64,000 nucleotides of DNA from Octopus bimaculoides (lineage: Eukaryota), in the NCBI RefSeq assembly GCF_001194135.2, contig NC_068999.1:51262225-51326224 (forward strand), read 5' to 3'. This document shows, in pieces, positions 1 through 11,962 of the stretch. Positions within the stretch are counted from its first letter, which is position 1, and each line of letters opens with the position of its first letter. Position numbers and translations under genes: made by a program. A model generated the notes under the pieces. The model saw only the letters and a program-made list of their open reading frames with translations. It made no database searches and was not told the DNA's origin.

Positions 1-21
1 AGGAGGAGGAGGAGGAGGATA

Positions 22-52
<31 letters not shown>

Positions 53-110
53 CAGTGATGATGATGATGATGACGATGACGGTCATGACAATAGTAATAA
101 TAATTTTAAT
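1..110. repeat. Compound triplet microsatellite (AGG)n-(ATG)n-(ATA)n
   Basis: Directly visible; explains the poly-Met start of ORF 22..321. Confidence 0.95.
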
Positions 111-114
111 TAGA

Positions 115-255
115 ACTGTAAAGGTCGGGCCTATAATAATTGGTGCGTTAAAAACCGTAAGACAAATGGCTGAAGGAGGTTGGAATAGAATGTCATGTAG
201 AGCTTCAACAAAAAGTTTGTCTCTTAGGGACAGCAAGAATTATCAGGAGGGTTTG
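115..255 (+). mobile_element. C-terminal fragment of an RLE-type (R4/Dong-like) non-LTR retrotransposon ORF
   Basis: Frameshifted translation PIIIGAL...KWLKEVGIECHVELQQKVCLLGTARIIRRV resembles the IGALG...LQK.CLLGTARI.R.VL C-terminus of R4/Dong-clade elements. Confidence 0.75.
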
Positions 256-878
256 CTACACAAATTTAAAGACGGTGGTTCATATCACATGGGCTCAGAT
301 TGCAGCAGAAGAAAACTATAATGAGATGGACAAAGAAGCTAGCGGTTATTTCTACGGTGAAGAAATTTCACAGATTTCTTCACGGTAGACGTTTTCGGCT
401 TGAGAAGGACCACCGAATGTTACTATCAAAAGTAATTCCTACCCATACAGCTAGCAGATTACAATGCTGGGGTACAATATTGTTAAATTAACATGTATTA
501 CATTCCTTCTAAGAAAATTGCCCGTGCAGATTGTTTATCTCGGCTGGTTCCGAAGAATTCGGAATCACTGGAAGATACGGTGACAGCCACATAACAATCA
601 GAAAAGGAAATTAAAAACTTTATGTGTAATGTCATTCAGGAGTTGCCAGTGACTGTACAAGATATATGAAAGTTTTGATAAGGAGTTACGTGTACTGGCC
701 GTAGTAACAAGAAACGTAAACAGACTGAACATTTAGAAATATTCCCTAAGCGGAAAAGATGCTGAACTCCATAGAGAAGCAAAATTTCAAAAAAGGAGCG
801 GTGTTGGAAAGAAAACAATAAGAGTAAACATAAAATAAATTTCGTTTCCTACCGAAGTAGAAATCTCAAAAGGGGAGG
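252..878 (+). mobile_element. Gypsy/Ty3 LTR retrotransposon pol remnant (RNase H, internal deletion, integrase C-tail, PPT)
   Basis: LLHKFKDG; AEENYNEMDKEA; VKKFHRFLHGRRF..DHRMLLS..IPTHTASRLQCWGTILLN; ADCLSRLVPKNSESLEDTV; then RSNKKRKQTEHLEIFPKRKRC-stop; polypurine tract AAAAGGGGAGG at 868-878. Confidence 0.85.
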
Positions 879-881
879 TGA

Positions 882-1138
882 TGTGGCGATAGTCCCGGCA
901 CCCCTGCGAGAATAGACTTGACCGAAAACTATAAATAGCTGCGGTCTAAGTGAGAGAGAAATAAGAGTAGGTGTTGATCGCACGAAGTCGTAAGATATCG
1001 TGTCGTAATATCGTTTATTGCTTCGTGGAGAGTTTGTTGGATTGTTACATTGTTGTTACCCTGTTTCGTTATATATTTTATTGTTGCTACACGCTTATAA
1101 TGTAAACAAGTATCGTCATAAATAGTAGCGATACTACA
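882..1138 (+). mobile_element. Gypsy LTR (~257 bp, TGT...ACA)
   Basis: Starts TGTGGCG just after the PPT, ends ATACTACA, TATAAATA at 930-937, and is followed by the PBS-like TGGCGACGAG at 1144-1153. Confidence 0.7.
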
Positions 1139-1169
1139 ATAAGTGGCGACGAGTAACTACGTTACAAGA

Positions 1170-1209
<40 letters not shown>

Positions 1210-3379
1210 GAATTCAATAGAATCGATGCACATCAACACACAGGACGCCAGAAATGTTGAGGTACGATAACATGCAGGGAGAGAAAAAAAACATTAAGGT
1301 CATCAAGTGTTAGTAGGATTCTTTGAATATGTAAGTACCAAGTTGAATTGAAACCGTGAAATGTGGGGTTGATCCTTCGTTTGGCGTAGTTATGAAAAGC
1401 AAGACTATATATTTTCATTATATATATTTCATTATATATATTTCATTATATATATATATATCATTACTTTCAATCGGTAGAAGGTTACTAAAAAGTAATT
1501 CAAAGGTTGTTAGATTCGTGAATATATTTCTCTACCAGAGAGCAACATTTGTTGTTTTCTGTCAACGGCATATATAGTAACCACACACACACAAACAGAT
1601 ACACACAATCACATGTTGCTCACACACACATCCATACATGTATGTATGTATATATATACGCACATACATGCATACATATATGAAGAGAGACAAATATAGA
1701 AAGAAATATGGTGGAGCAAGAGACATGAAATTACATTTTCAGAATTTGCTCTATTTTTTAATCCATTATAAAAATTATTGGTAATTTAAATATCTAAGTA
1801 GAAAGTTACGTATATAAATATATAAGTTTGAGCAAGGGAAGCAGAAGAAATATCGATAAAGCTATTTGAACATCATATTGGTGGGCAGCTGGATGTTGGG
1901 TGTAAACTTGTTTTTTTTTTTCTTTATTTCTGAAAATTGCATGTTTCAACTTGCGTCGATTTGTTTGTTTCCATTAAAGTACGCGTAAAACTGCATTATT
2001 ACTTTATATGGCTTTATACTACGTATAATCGTTAATAATTGACATATAATTAATAATTTCTACGATGTCCGACAGACGTGGAAGTCCGCTTCGATAAGCA
2101 GGTTTAGGTATATAACACTGATCGATAGACATTTTCAGCAACTCGTAGCTGAACTTCAACGATGAATAAAGGAAATCAGTCAGAATATTGAGAAGGAACA
2201 CAGGCATAGAGGTCGAAAGGGGGAAGTGATCTATCGATTTTTTAAAAAAGAATACAGTCAAGCGTATTCTTAACAACCGGTTTCAATAACGCTCATGTTA
2301 TCTTCTAGTGGTGTAGTGTTTACCAGACAAAGATTCATTGGTTGGGTTCACAACGGAGCATAGGTACAATTTCCGGATAAGAAATTGCCAAGTTGTCATC
2401 AATAAGGTAACATTGATTTTAGCCAATAAGCTATTATTATAAAATCATTCCAGCTTTTGCGTGACATCGAGATATCTTGATTATATCGTACGTCGGCTGT
2501 TTGGACAGAATGCAGTAGGGAGATTAATATAACCTCACCACCTGAATAATGATTTCTTAAATATTAATGGCTTTATAGAATTGCCTGATGCCAAGGTCAT
2601 TTTTGCCTTTCGCCTTTTCAGGCGAATTAATAAGTGTTTCTGGTATAGACATGAATCTCAATTTTTTGGTATGTGTATGTGTGTTATATGATAATCTTTA
2701 TATTCATTTATGAAGAAACAGATACATTTTACTATTGTACAGATGTGAGAATGATATTAATACTTGAGTGAAAAGAAAACAACACTTCCTATGCGGCAGG
2801 AACCGAACATGTAATCATGACTAAAAAGTTATAGATTTTTAACTTTGTCATTTTGTTTTATTTCAAACGACTTAAAACAATTATAGCAAAAAGTAATACA
2901 AACATTTCCTATTTTTGTTATAGGAAAGTTTTTGTAAGATTACGTCTTAAAATTCAATAACTATTTTGGTATATTTCTGGTTTTACTCCAATAACGCAGG
3001 CTAATATATAATATTGGACACCAAATCTGAAGATCATAAAAGAAAAATATTTAGAATAGTTTTCTAACGTGTAATTTATCTTCTAACCAACAAGCGTATT
3101 ATGTACATTCTGAACCTATACTTACTGTAAAGTATTTTTTTCATTTTATTTCGATTTGCGTAATATACATAAACATCATTTATTAAAGACAGAAATTGCA
3201 TGAAAGTGAAACAATATTACGCCTCTCCAACCTAAGTTAGCATGACTGTGTGAAGATATCATGAATCAACATAGCATAGAAAATACTTGATATTCCCAAA
3301 CTTTATTACAGTAATATCTATCCTCACCCACCGCAGATGTATAATTCCTAGATCTTCATTCACTTCTTTCTACTTTGTT

Positions 3380-3700
3380 ATACTCTGTCTCGCTGTCTTC
3401 ATCAGCCCATGAACTACATTTTCTGACCTACTAGAGTACTTCATTAACTTTCTTTTAAATCACCACCATTATAGCCTCTGTTCTTCAGAGGTGACTGGTC
3501 TCATACCTCCACCATTCACAGATATTTTACTTACTAGACTTTCTGCCTATGGTTATTATTGATGTCTTTAAGTCACTTTCTGTCAATTCCTCAGAAGATT
3601 GACTCCCTGAATCGTATCTCTGCTCATATCTTTCTCGTAAGTGTTAATCTGCAGTAGCTTAAACAGAACATTAACAGTATTGGCTTCACCGACCTGGGAG
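3380..3700 (+). mobile_element. Heavily decayed L2/CR1-group reverse transcriptase fragment
   Basis: Only DILLTRLSAYG resembles the RT motif LL.KLSAYG; many stops elsewhere. Confidence 0.3.
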
Positions 3701-3907
3701 GGCCTACAAATATAATGGATGATACCTCTACATCTTAGCTATTAATCTGAAATGAAAACAGGCCCGATATCATTCGTTCTAGTCAAGATTACCTTCATGA
3801 AGCTCCCCTACATCAGATATTGGGTTAGCAGAAGCGTTAGCGCGTTGGACGAAAATGCGGATCGCAAGCGTTTCGCACACTTAGATATTTATTATTCTAT
3901 ATCAGTA

Positions 3908-4124
3908 GCGCGGTGAGCCAACAGCATCGTTAGAACACCGGGCAAAATACTTAGCGGCGTTTCGTCCGTCTTTACGTTCTGAATTCAAATTACACCGAGG
4001 TCGAGATTGCCTTTCATCTTTTCAAGGTCGACGAAATAAGTACCACTTGAACACTGGGGGCGATGTAATCGACTTACTCCTCCCACTAAATTTCAAGACT
4101 GTGTCTATACTAGAAAGGATTATT
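3908..4124 (+). mobile_element. tRNA-derived SINE family 1 (Meta-like core), tail A
   Basis: Head GCGGTGAGC..CGTTAG, B-box-like TGAATTCAAAT, core GAGGTCGA..TGCCTTTCATC..GTCGA..AAATAAGTACC, tail TAGAAAGGATT; repeated about 20 times in the window. Confidence 0.9.
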
Positions 4125-4687
4125 CTGTATAAGTAGATTTAATTTTTAATAAATAACAGCCAAGTACCGTATCACTACACAATTTACAAAGGCCTAATTG
4201 TGTGAGTTTGGGGTCACTATTTTTTTCTTTTTCTCACTCAAGACAAAATCTAGGAAACATCTGAAACGAGAGACAGACGCGTGGATGGCAATCAAAAAGG
4301 AATTTCCGTGCTTTGTATGAAGTCATCATTGACAAACAAGAACGGAGTCCTCATTGAGTTCCAGGTTCAAAAACGTGATTGATTTCACAGTTGAGATCTT
4401 TTTTTCTAATTGGTCAATTTACATTTGTATTTTAGGCATCAATGGGAAATTTAAGTTTTTTTGATAAATTTTGCATCTAAGATACTGAGTCCGGTGTCAT
4501 TTGAAAAATAATACACTAGCTATTAGACAATTGATCTCTCTCATATTCATGTTATATTAATTTGCTTGGGCGGGAGAAAAGGAGCGAAACACTTCGCTGT
4601 GGAGGTAGTGTATTAAAAAAAATGACAGCCGATATTGTAGATATAGTATTATACGTACTGTATATATGACAGCATTATACTTATCTT

Positions 4688-4736
<49 letters not shown>

Positions 4737-5250
4737 ATTTCCAACAGAGTAAGTGGAAAGGACAGAGCTACTATACGTAAACCACCGTTTCTTATAACGA
4801 GATATGTCTTTCAAATGATGAAATATGTTCGCTTTTGTGTTTGTGATTATTGAATCATAGTCAAATCTTAATTTATTGGGTCTACTTAGACTGAATCTTG
4901 ATGTATTTATATGCAAAATTCTTTGACTTTTGACATATAAACAGAAATTTAAAACGGCTAAGACCGCGCATTTACTTCTTATCTGAATTAAGTTTAGTAA
5001 GTTCTATTTTGATCATTTTAGTGACGTCTCCGGAATATACTCACATCAATTACTAATGCAGACATTCATTACTGGAGCGCCTGAATCTCGTCATATAACA
5101 ATGACTTTGAGGGGACTTTCCAAAGAAAGGACAGTTTTAATCGATTTTAAACGAGATATATTTCTGCACCGATATATACAACTAATTGTGCTGTTATATA
5201 CAAATTTGCATATACTGAAAAAGCGGTAGAGAACTACAACCCAATTGTGT

Positions 5251-5254
<4 letters not shown>

Positions 5255-5291
<37 letters not shown>

Positions 5292-5454
5292 GACACACAC
5301 ACACACGTACACACACACACAAACATAATATGAATGTGTGCGTCTGTTTGTATATGTATGTGTGTATGTGTGTCTGGATATATTTATGCGTATATGTATG
5401 TATATGCGTTTACACACATATATACATATGTATACCTGTATATATATACATATG

Positions 5455-5486
<32 letters not shown>

Positions 5487-5589
5487 GACATATATATACG
5501 CACACACATATATATATACATATATATAAATATATATTCATATATATACATATTTATTTATATATATATATATATACATATATATGTAT

Positions 5590-5675
<86 letters not shown>
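5255..5675. repeat. (AC)n - degenerate (TA/TG)n - (GATA)n microsatellite block
   Basis: Directly visible. Confidence 0.95.
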
Positions 5676-6116
5676 CATATAATTTTAATTAATAGATTTA
5701 AGAGAACAGTTATTTCTAGGAAGATTTATTTTACTTTCAAGCAACAACCCAATAACTAATGAATTGTTAGGAATGTTTGTCCTGGCTTAAAGCCATGTTT
5801 ACGTAACAGATTTATGCTAACCAAAACTATATGTTAACATTGTGGTTATTTCGTATATAGAGCTGGAAATAGTTCATACTGCTATAAACTGTACATAGAT
5901 TTATAAATGATGCATCAATGAGTTTTAAATGTCATCGACATTTAGATTTCTGTAGAGCGAATGTTTGCTTTACTGGACGTAAAATATTTGTACGATACAA
6001 ATTAGGTGCAATGAAACTGTATAAGTTTATATAATTAGTTTATAAACTTAGACAAGTCACTGTAGATACATGAAAATACACATGAGTACGTATATGTGTA
6101 TTTGTATGTGAGTATA

Positions 6117-6450
6117 CAGAGCGCAATGGGTAAATTGTGGCCATGTTCTTTTTTTCGTGCATGCGCATTGTGTGTTTATGATTTTTCCTCTACACATTGC
6201 AGGGTCAGTTGGGCACCGTCAGTGAGGAAAACAACTCACTGACGTAATTCACACTGCTAGAAATTTGGAAACGTTATTCTGTACTGCTTAGCATTAGCAG
6301 CGGAAGCTCTAATACGAACAGATGATGAACACGCAGAACAACCATTGGTCTGCCGTGTCGCCAAAACATCTGCCGAAAGAGATAAAATTCAAACATCCAG
6401 TCAACATCGTGATGTTTGGAGAGATCACTAGTGATGGCGAAGTTATGCTT
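6117..6450 (+). mobile_element. Internally deleted Tc1/mariner element of DD37D (maT-like) type
   Basis: TA|CAGAGCGCAATGGGTAAATTG terminus; N-terminal WKRYSVLLSISSGSSNT fused directly to core QMMNTQNNHWSAVSPK...KHPVNIVMFGEITSDGEVM; 5' part homologous to 8998-9250. Confidence 0.75.
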
Positions 6451-6915
6451 CAAGAGCCCTGCGAAGAATGCTTGCAGTTCCAAGCAATGCTGATTTTTGT
6501 AGGCGTTCTACCTTCGCAGTTGCACCAATGTTTCTCAGCCATGTTGGTTGTTGAGTGCTGATTCTTCCAAGTGCACCAATCGCTATTGGTATCACGTCTA
6601 CTCTCTTCATCGACCACAACCTTCGTATTTCCCACTTTAAATCATCGTAGTTGTTTATTTTTCCTCTTCTTTCACATTGATCCTAATGTCACCGGGATAT
6701 ACTACGTTGGTAATCATACGTTCTTTCTTTTTATTCACCACAACAATGCCCGGTTTCCTATGTTTAGTCAGGTGATTGCACTGGATCAATACTTCCCACA
6801 GGGTTCTGCGGTTCTCATTTTCGGTGAGTCCTTCTGTAGTTTTCTCGTACTACGTCTTTGCTCTTTGTAGGCCGTAGTTTCCACAGAGATCCCAAAGGAT
6901 CATTCTTGCCACATT
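6443..6915 (-). mobile_element. 3' end of an R4/Dong-like RLE non-LTR retrotransposon
   Basis: ILWEVLIQCNHLTKHRKPGIVVVNKKE (decayed PD..D nuclease motif) and SMKRVDVIPIAIGALGRISTQQPTWLRNIGATAKVERLQKSALLGTASILRRALEA-stop. Confidence 0.85.
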
Positions 6916-6917
6916 GT

Positions 6918-7097
6918 TGGCTAAAATGCTTAGCGGCATTTCGTCCGCCTTTACGTTCTAAGTTCAAATTCCGCCGAGGTCAACTTTGCCCTTCAGCATT
7001 TCGGGGTCGATAAAATAGGTATCAGTTGAATACTGGGCTCCATTTCATCGATTTAACCCTCCCTTGAAATTGCTGGCCTTGGGCTAAAGTTTGAAAG
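6918..7097 (+). mobile_element. SINE family 1 copy, tail B
   Basis: GCTTAGCGGCATTTCGTCC...AGTTCAAATTCCGCCGAGGTCAACTTTGCC...GAAATTGCTGGCCTTG. Confidence 0.9.
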
Positions 7098-7129
7098 TTT
7101 CATCATTATTATTCTTGCTTTTGACTTTA

Positions 7130-7256
7130 GTGGTTGTGGTGATGAGGGTGCTGCTGCTGCTACTGTTGTTGCTGTTGTTGTTGTTGTTGTTGCTGCTGTT
7201 GGTGATGGTGGTGGTGATGGTGGTGGTGATGGTGGTGGTGGTGGTGGTGGTGGTAA

Positions 7257-7306
<50 letters not shown>

Positions 7307-7425
7307 GTAGTAGTAGTAGTAGTTATTTCGGGGGTTTGACTGTAATGATTTACTTTCCAACCTTTCATGCTAACTTTATATGCCTTTCTTCTTCTTCTTC
7401 TTCTTCTTCTTCTTCTTCTTCTTCA
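7130..7425. repeat. Compound triplet microsatellite (GCT)(GTT)(GGT/GAT)(AGT)n plus (TTC)n
   Basis: Directly visible; source of the poly-T, poly-L and poly-V ORFs. Confidence 0.95.
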
Positions 7426-7693
7426 TATTCGAGCTATAACTATTATTGTTTATTTTTATTATTGTATTAACTTTGTTATTGTTTCGTTTTTCAATGTATT
7501 GCAATGCTGATATTTTATATAAGATTTTTCGATTAATCCATCAATTGACCCATGTCAACGTTTCACTAATTTTAGAGAAGAGAATATCTTTGATATTTCC
7601 TAAAATTCATTAAAAATGTAATTCTGAAACATGAAACAAACGTTGATTCAGTGTATGCATACATTATATGCATGAATGTCAATATATACACCT

Positions 7694-7754
<61 letters not shown>

Positions 7755-8229
7755 NNNNNNNNNNNNNNNNNNNNNNNNNNNNNNNNNNNNNNNNNNNNNN
7801 NNNNNNNNNNNNNNNNNNNNNNNNNNNNNNNNNNNNNNNNNNNNNNNNNNNNNNNNNNNNNNNNNNNNNNNNNNNNNNNNNNNNNNNNNNNNNNNNNNNN
7901 NNNNNNNNNNNNNNNNNNNNNNNNNNNNNNNNNNNNNNNNNNNNNNNNNNNNNNNNNNNNNNNNNNNNNNNNNNNNNNNNNNNNNNNNNNNNNNNNNNNN
8001 NNNNNNNNNNNNNNNNNNNNNNNNNNNNNNNNNNNNNNNNNNNNNNNNNNNNNNNNNNNNNNNNNNNNNNNNNNNNNNNNNNNNNNNNNNNNNNNNNNNN
8101 NNNNNNNNNNNNNNNNNNNNNNNNNNNNNNNNNNNNNNNNNNNNNNNNNNNNNNNNNNNNNNNNNNNNNNNNNNNNNNNNNNNNNNNNNNNNNNNNNNNN
8201 NNNNNNNNNNNNNNNNNNNNNNNNNNNNT
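7755..8229. other. Assembly gap. The other gaps lie at about 18310-18827, 25462-26323, 30881-31035, 33462-33742, 37544-37801, 44665-45239, 49909-50072, 56626-57362, 60940-61014, 61870-62030 and 63188-63197
   Basis: Runs of N, nearly all flanked by (TA)n or (GA)n. Confidence 0.99.
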
Positions 8230-8997
8230 ATATATATATATATATATATATATATTCTTAAAATTGTATGTAGGCACAAAAGTGTATGTGTAAACATATA
8301 CATGTATTTGTATAGATGCTATATAATATTTACAAGTTATCTTCATCCTCTTCTGGAGATCAAAATTAAATATCAAAATTTAATTCACACCTGATTTACA
8401 GTGAAGCATCTGAGCAGAACATGTGATTTTTCTAAGGTTACATAACGAATAGGAATAAATCCATAAATGTTCGTAGTCTTCGTATACTGTGACATAAAAT
8501 ACGGCGTATCTAACTTAAGGAAAACTAGCTTTTTTTCCTTGATATTTCTTTGGACGACGATTATTTCTAGGCAAAGAAGGAACGTTGTAAAATTGAAGTG
8601 AAACACAAACTTCATTTTTTTTTTCTTTGAAAGGCAGGAGATATTGGCTCCTATTGGTAGATAAGAATACGTTAATTATGGATAACTCGAAAAGGAACGT
8701 CTACTATTTATGTTGTTTGGCATAAACATACTTCTATGATATTAATTAGAGAAATTGGAGCATTCAACTGGAAACGATCAAGGAATTTCTGCCGTTTCAT
8801 CTAGTCCAGTATTTGCAAGCTGGTACTTATTCTATCAACGTGTGTATATCCACCTCTTCACATACACACATATACATACACACACAAGCACACAGAAAAA
8901 CACACACGCAAACACACGCTCACATATATCTATATGGATACATACAATGTGCATATGCGTATACTTATATATCTGTATGCACACACACACACGAACA

Positions 8998-9250
8998 CAG
9001 AGTGGGCAATGGGTAAATACTCACCAGTTTACATTTTTTATTTTGCACCTTCGCATTGTTTGTTTTGGATTCTGTCCCAACTACACAGTATACTAGGCTC
9101 GGTAAGGTACCGTCTATGAGAAAAACGGCTACAAAAACTTGGAAGCGACACGCTGTACTGCTTGGCGTTGGCACCGGAAGCTCCAATACGAATATTTCAG
9201 GGTGTTTGAGTGTCAATCTGAGAACAGTGCAATCTGACGACGTACCAAGA
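8998..9250 (+). mobile_element. 5' end and N-terminal HTH of a maT-like Tc1/mariner element
   Basis: Aligns with 6117-6315 (CAGAG..GCAATGGGTAAAT; GCATTGT.TGTTT; TTGGAA.CG...CTGTACTGCTT.GC.TT.GCA.CGGAAGCTC.AATACGAA); translation MRKTATKTWKRHAVLLGVGTGSSNTNISGCLSVNLRTVQ. Confidence 0.75.
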
Positions 9251-9416
9251 GTAATAAAAAAAAATCCGATCAAAAGGGATCGGTAAAAACAAAAAAAAAA
9301 CGGGTATCGTATATCACAGAAAATGTCAATAGTGTAAAATGGGGTAACATTAGGCTTATCCATGGAGGGAAAAGCCTACGGAGAAGACCACGGTAACCTC
9401 AGCAGGGAATAGACAC

Positions 9417-9448
<32 letters not shown>

Positions 9449-9572
9449 GGAAGAATAGACAGATAGACAATTGCTTACCTACATATACACACAAATATAG
9501 AGAGAGAGAGACACACACATATGCATGCACGCACACACATGCACACCCACACACACATCCACACATCCACGC

Positions 9573-9634
<62 letters not shown>

Positions 9635-9869
9635 CGGCTCCAGACATTAAAGAACACCCTTCCTGGGGCGCCGCATTCTATCATTGCTTTCGCTGAACCA
9701 CGATGTTACGATGGGACAAACAAACCAACACCGGTTGACACGAATGAAAACATACACACATATACACACACACACACAAGCTCACACAATTACACATGCA
9801 CACGCGCGCGCGCGCGCACACACACACACACATACACAGAATGTTTCCCTCTGCGAAATCCTCTTGGGG

Positions 9870-9965
9870 AAATATTGAATAACTCTTCCCCAAAATGCCG
9901 CACAGTGGGTCGGAACCCGCAATTTCGTGTCTAGAAATCAAACTTCTAAACATAGCCATGCCTCC
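9870..9965 (-). mobile_element. Decayed tRNA-like head of SINE family 2
   Basis: Minus strand GGCATGGCTATGTTTAGAAG...GGGTTCCGACCCACTGTGCGGCATTTTGGG resembles the head of the copy at 57816. Confidence 0.55.
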
Positions 9966-10250
9966 GGATATAGATAGCCATTTTTGATTTATCTTCATTC
10001 ACATCAAATAAATTTTAAAGATTATATAACTAGAGTAAATATATATGCATATATTTTATGTTTTATTTTTTCTTTCATTTTACCAGTTTAATTTTCTTTA
10101 AGAAACAGGAAATCAAACGGAATATCACCAAATGTCAATATTTCGAAAATATAAAAATATCATGATCAAATATCATTGAAAGAACGTGTGCGTGTGTGTA
10201 TAAATGTATATGTGTATATATCTACGTGTGTGTATATATATGTGTGTATA

Positions 10251-10321
<71 letters not shown>

Positions 10322-10389
10322 TTTTATGTATATATATATTTATATTTATATAAATGTATGTGCTTACATATTCATATATAATTCATATA

Positions 10390-10479
<90 letters not shown>

Positions 10480-10793
10480 GATAGATAGATGTAGATATAT
10501 TTGCATACAAGTATGTCTGCTCCCTTATGTGTATGCATTATGTATGTTTATATATGTGGATACATTTAATGTGATTGTTAATTGATGATCAGGGTCTTGA
10601 CATTTTTCAACTTTTACATGCTCTTGTTATTTCGTGCAAAATTAATATCTGGAATCCATCCAAATATTTAACAAATATGATTGAGAGAAAATGAAATGTT
10701 AAAGACAAATTATATATACTCAACTGAACACGAAAGACATTTTTTTTTCACTAACAGATGATAAATCTACTTCAATTTTTGTGTTTGCGTTTG

Positions 10794-10857
<64 letters not shown>

Positions 10858-11689
10858 CATACACACATACATACATATAAATGTATGTAATTTGTAATTT
10901 ATATATATATATATACATACATACATACATACATACATACAAACGTGCGTACATGCATACAAACGAGTTTTCGTAAGAGTGAAATAACAGGCCGTATCCC
11001 GAAACTAATGATCATGCTTTGCAAATTCCATAACCACAAAATCCTGTAACCCAAAGTCACCGTAACGCGGTGGGGTGTCTGTACTAAGGAAGGAATCTAA
11101 CTGTTAATCTAGTTACTTCGATGCGGAAATTTAATTTATATATTATTAGCGTGACATTTGAACTTTGACACTCTCCTGACATTTGACGTTTGTCTTGGTT
11201 TCATCAGATTGAAACATTAAGAAAATAGCGTTAATGAAGCGTTTAGGGAGCATCTTATCTATCATGTATGTTGTTATTTGAGAACAGATATAGATAGTCA
11301 GTGCATTTATATTTATGTGTTTGAGTAGAGTAGCTCTGCTTTGTGCTGTGTTAAAGATCAGGTGCTACTTCTGAGAATTATCTGCCTCTATGTATAGAAG
11401 TGCGTTTGCATAAATATCGTAATGAGTATCACTGTGTATGTGTCACTGTGAGTTTGATTGTAAACGTATGTATATATAGATGGATGGATGGATGGGTGGA
11501 TGGATGGAGTGTATGCGCGCGTGTGGCTGTGTGTTTGCGTGTGTGTTTGTGCGTGTACGAATGTTTTCATAAATATGTACTTGCGTACGTGGATTTTTGC
11601 ATGTTTGCTCCTGAAGGTGTATAAATTATTATTCGTCATTCATTATGTTGTTTCCTAAGGTAGCATTATATGAATATTCATGAATATAT

Positions 11690-11716
11690 ACGTATGCATG
11701 CATGTATGTATGTAGG

Positions 11717-11768
<52 letters not shown>

Positions 11769-11806
11769 CATACCTACTTACATACATGCATACAAATATA
11801 TGTATG

Positions 11807-11870
<64 letters not shown>

Positions 11871-11908
11871 CATACCTACTTACATACATGCATACAAATA
11901 TATGTATG

Positions 11909-11960
<52 letters not shown>
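11690..11960. repeat. Two identical 50-bp units separated by (TA)n tracts
   Basis: CATACATACCTACTTACATACATGCATACAAATATATGTATGCATACATG at 11765-11814 and 11867-11916. Confidence 0.9.

Positions 11961-11962
<2 letters not shown>

Noticed and set aside
4557-4916. 119-aa minus ORF
   Set aside because: It runs through a (TA)n tract, has no recognisable domain and lacks convincing splice boundaries.
9025-9300. Apparent promoter or first exon on the minus strand (CTG|GTGAGT donor, CCGGAAG motif, 132-aa ORF)
   Set aside because: The segment aligns with 6117-6315 and is the 5' end of a maT-like transposon; the donor lies in its terminal region.
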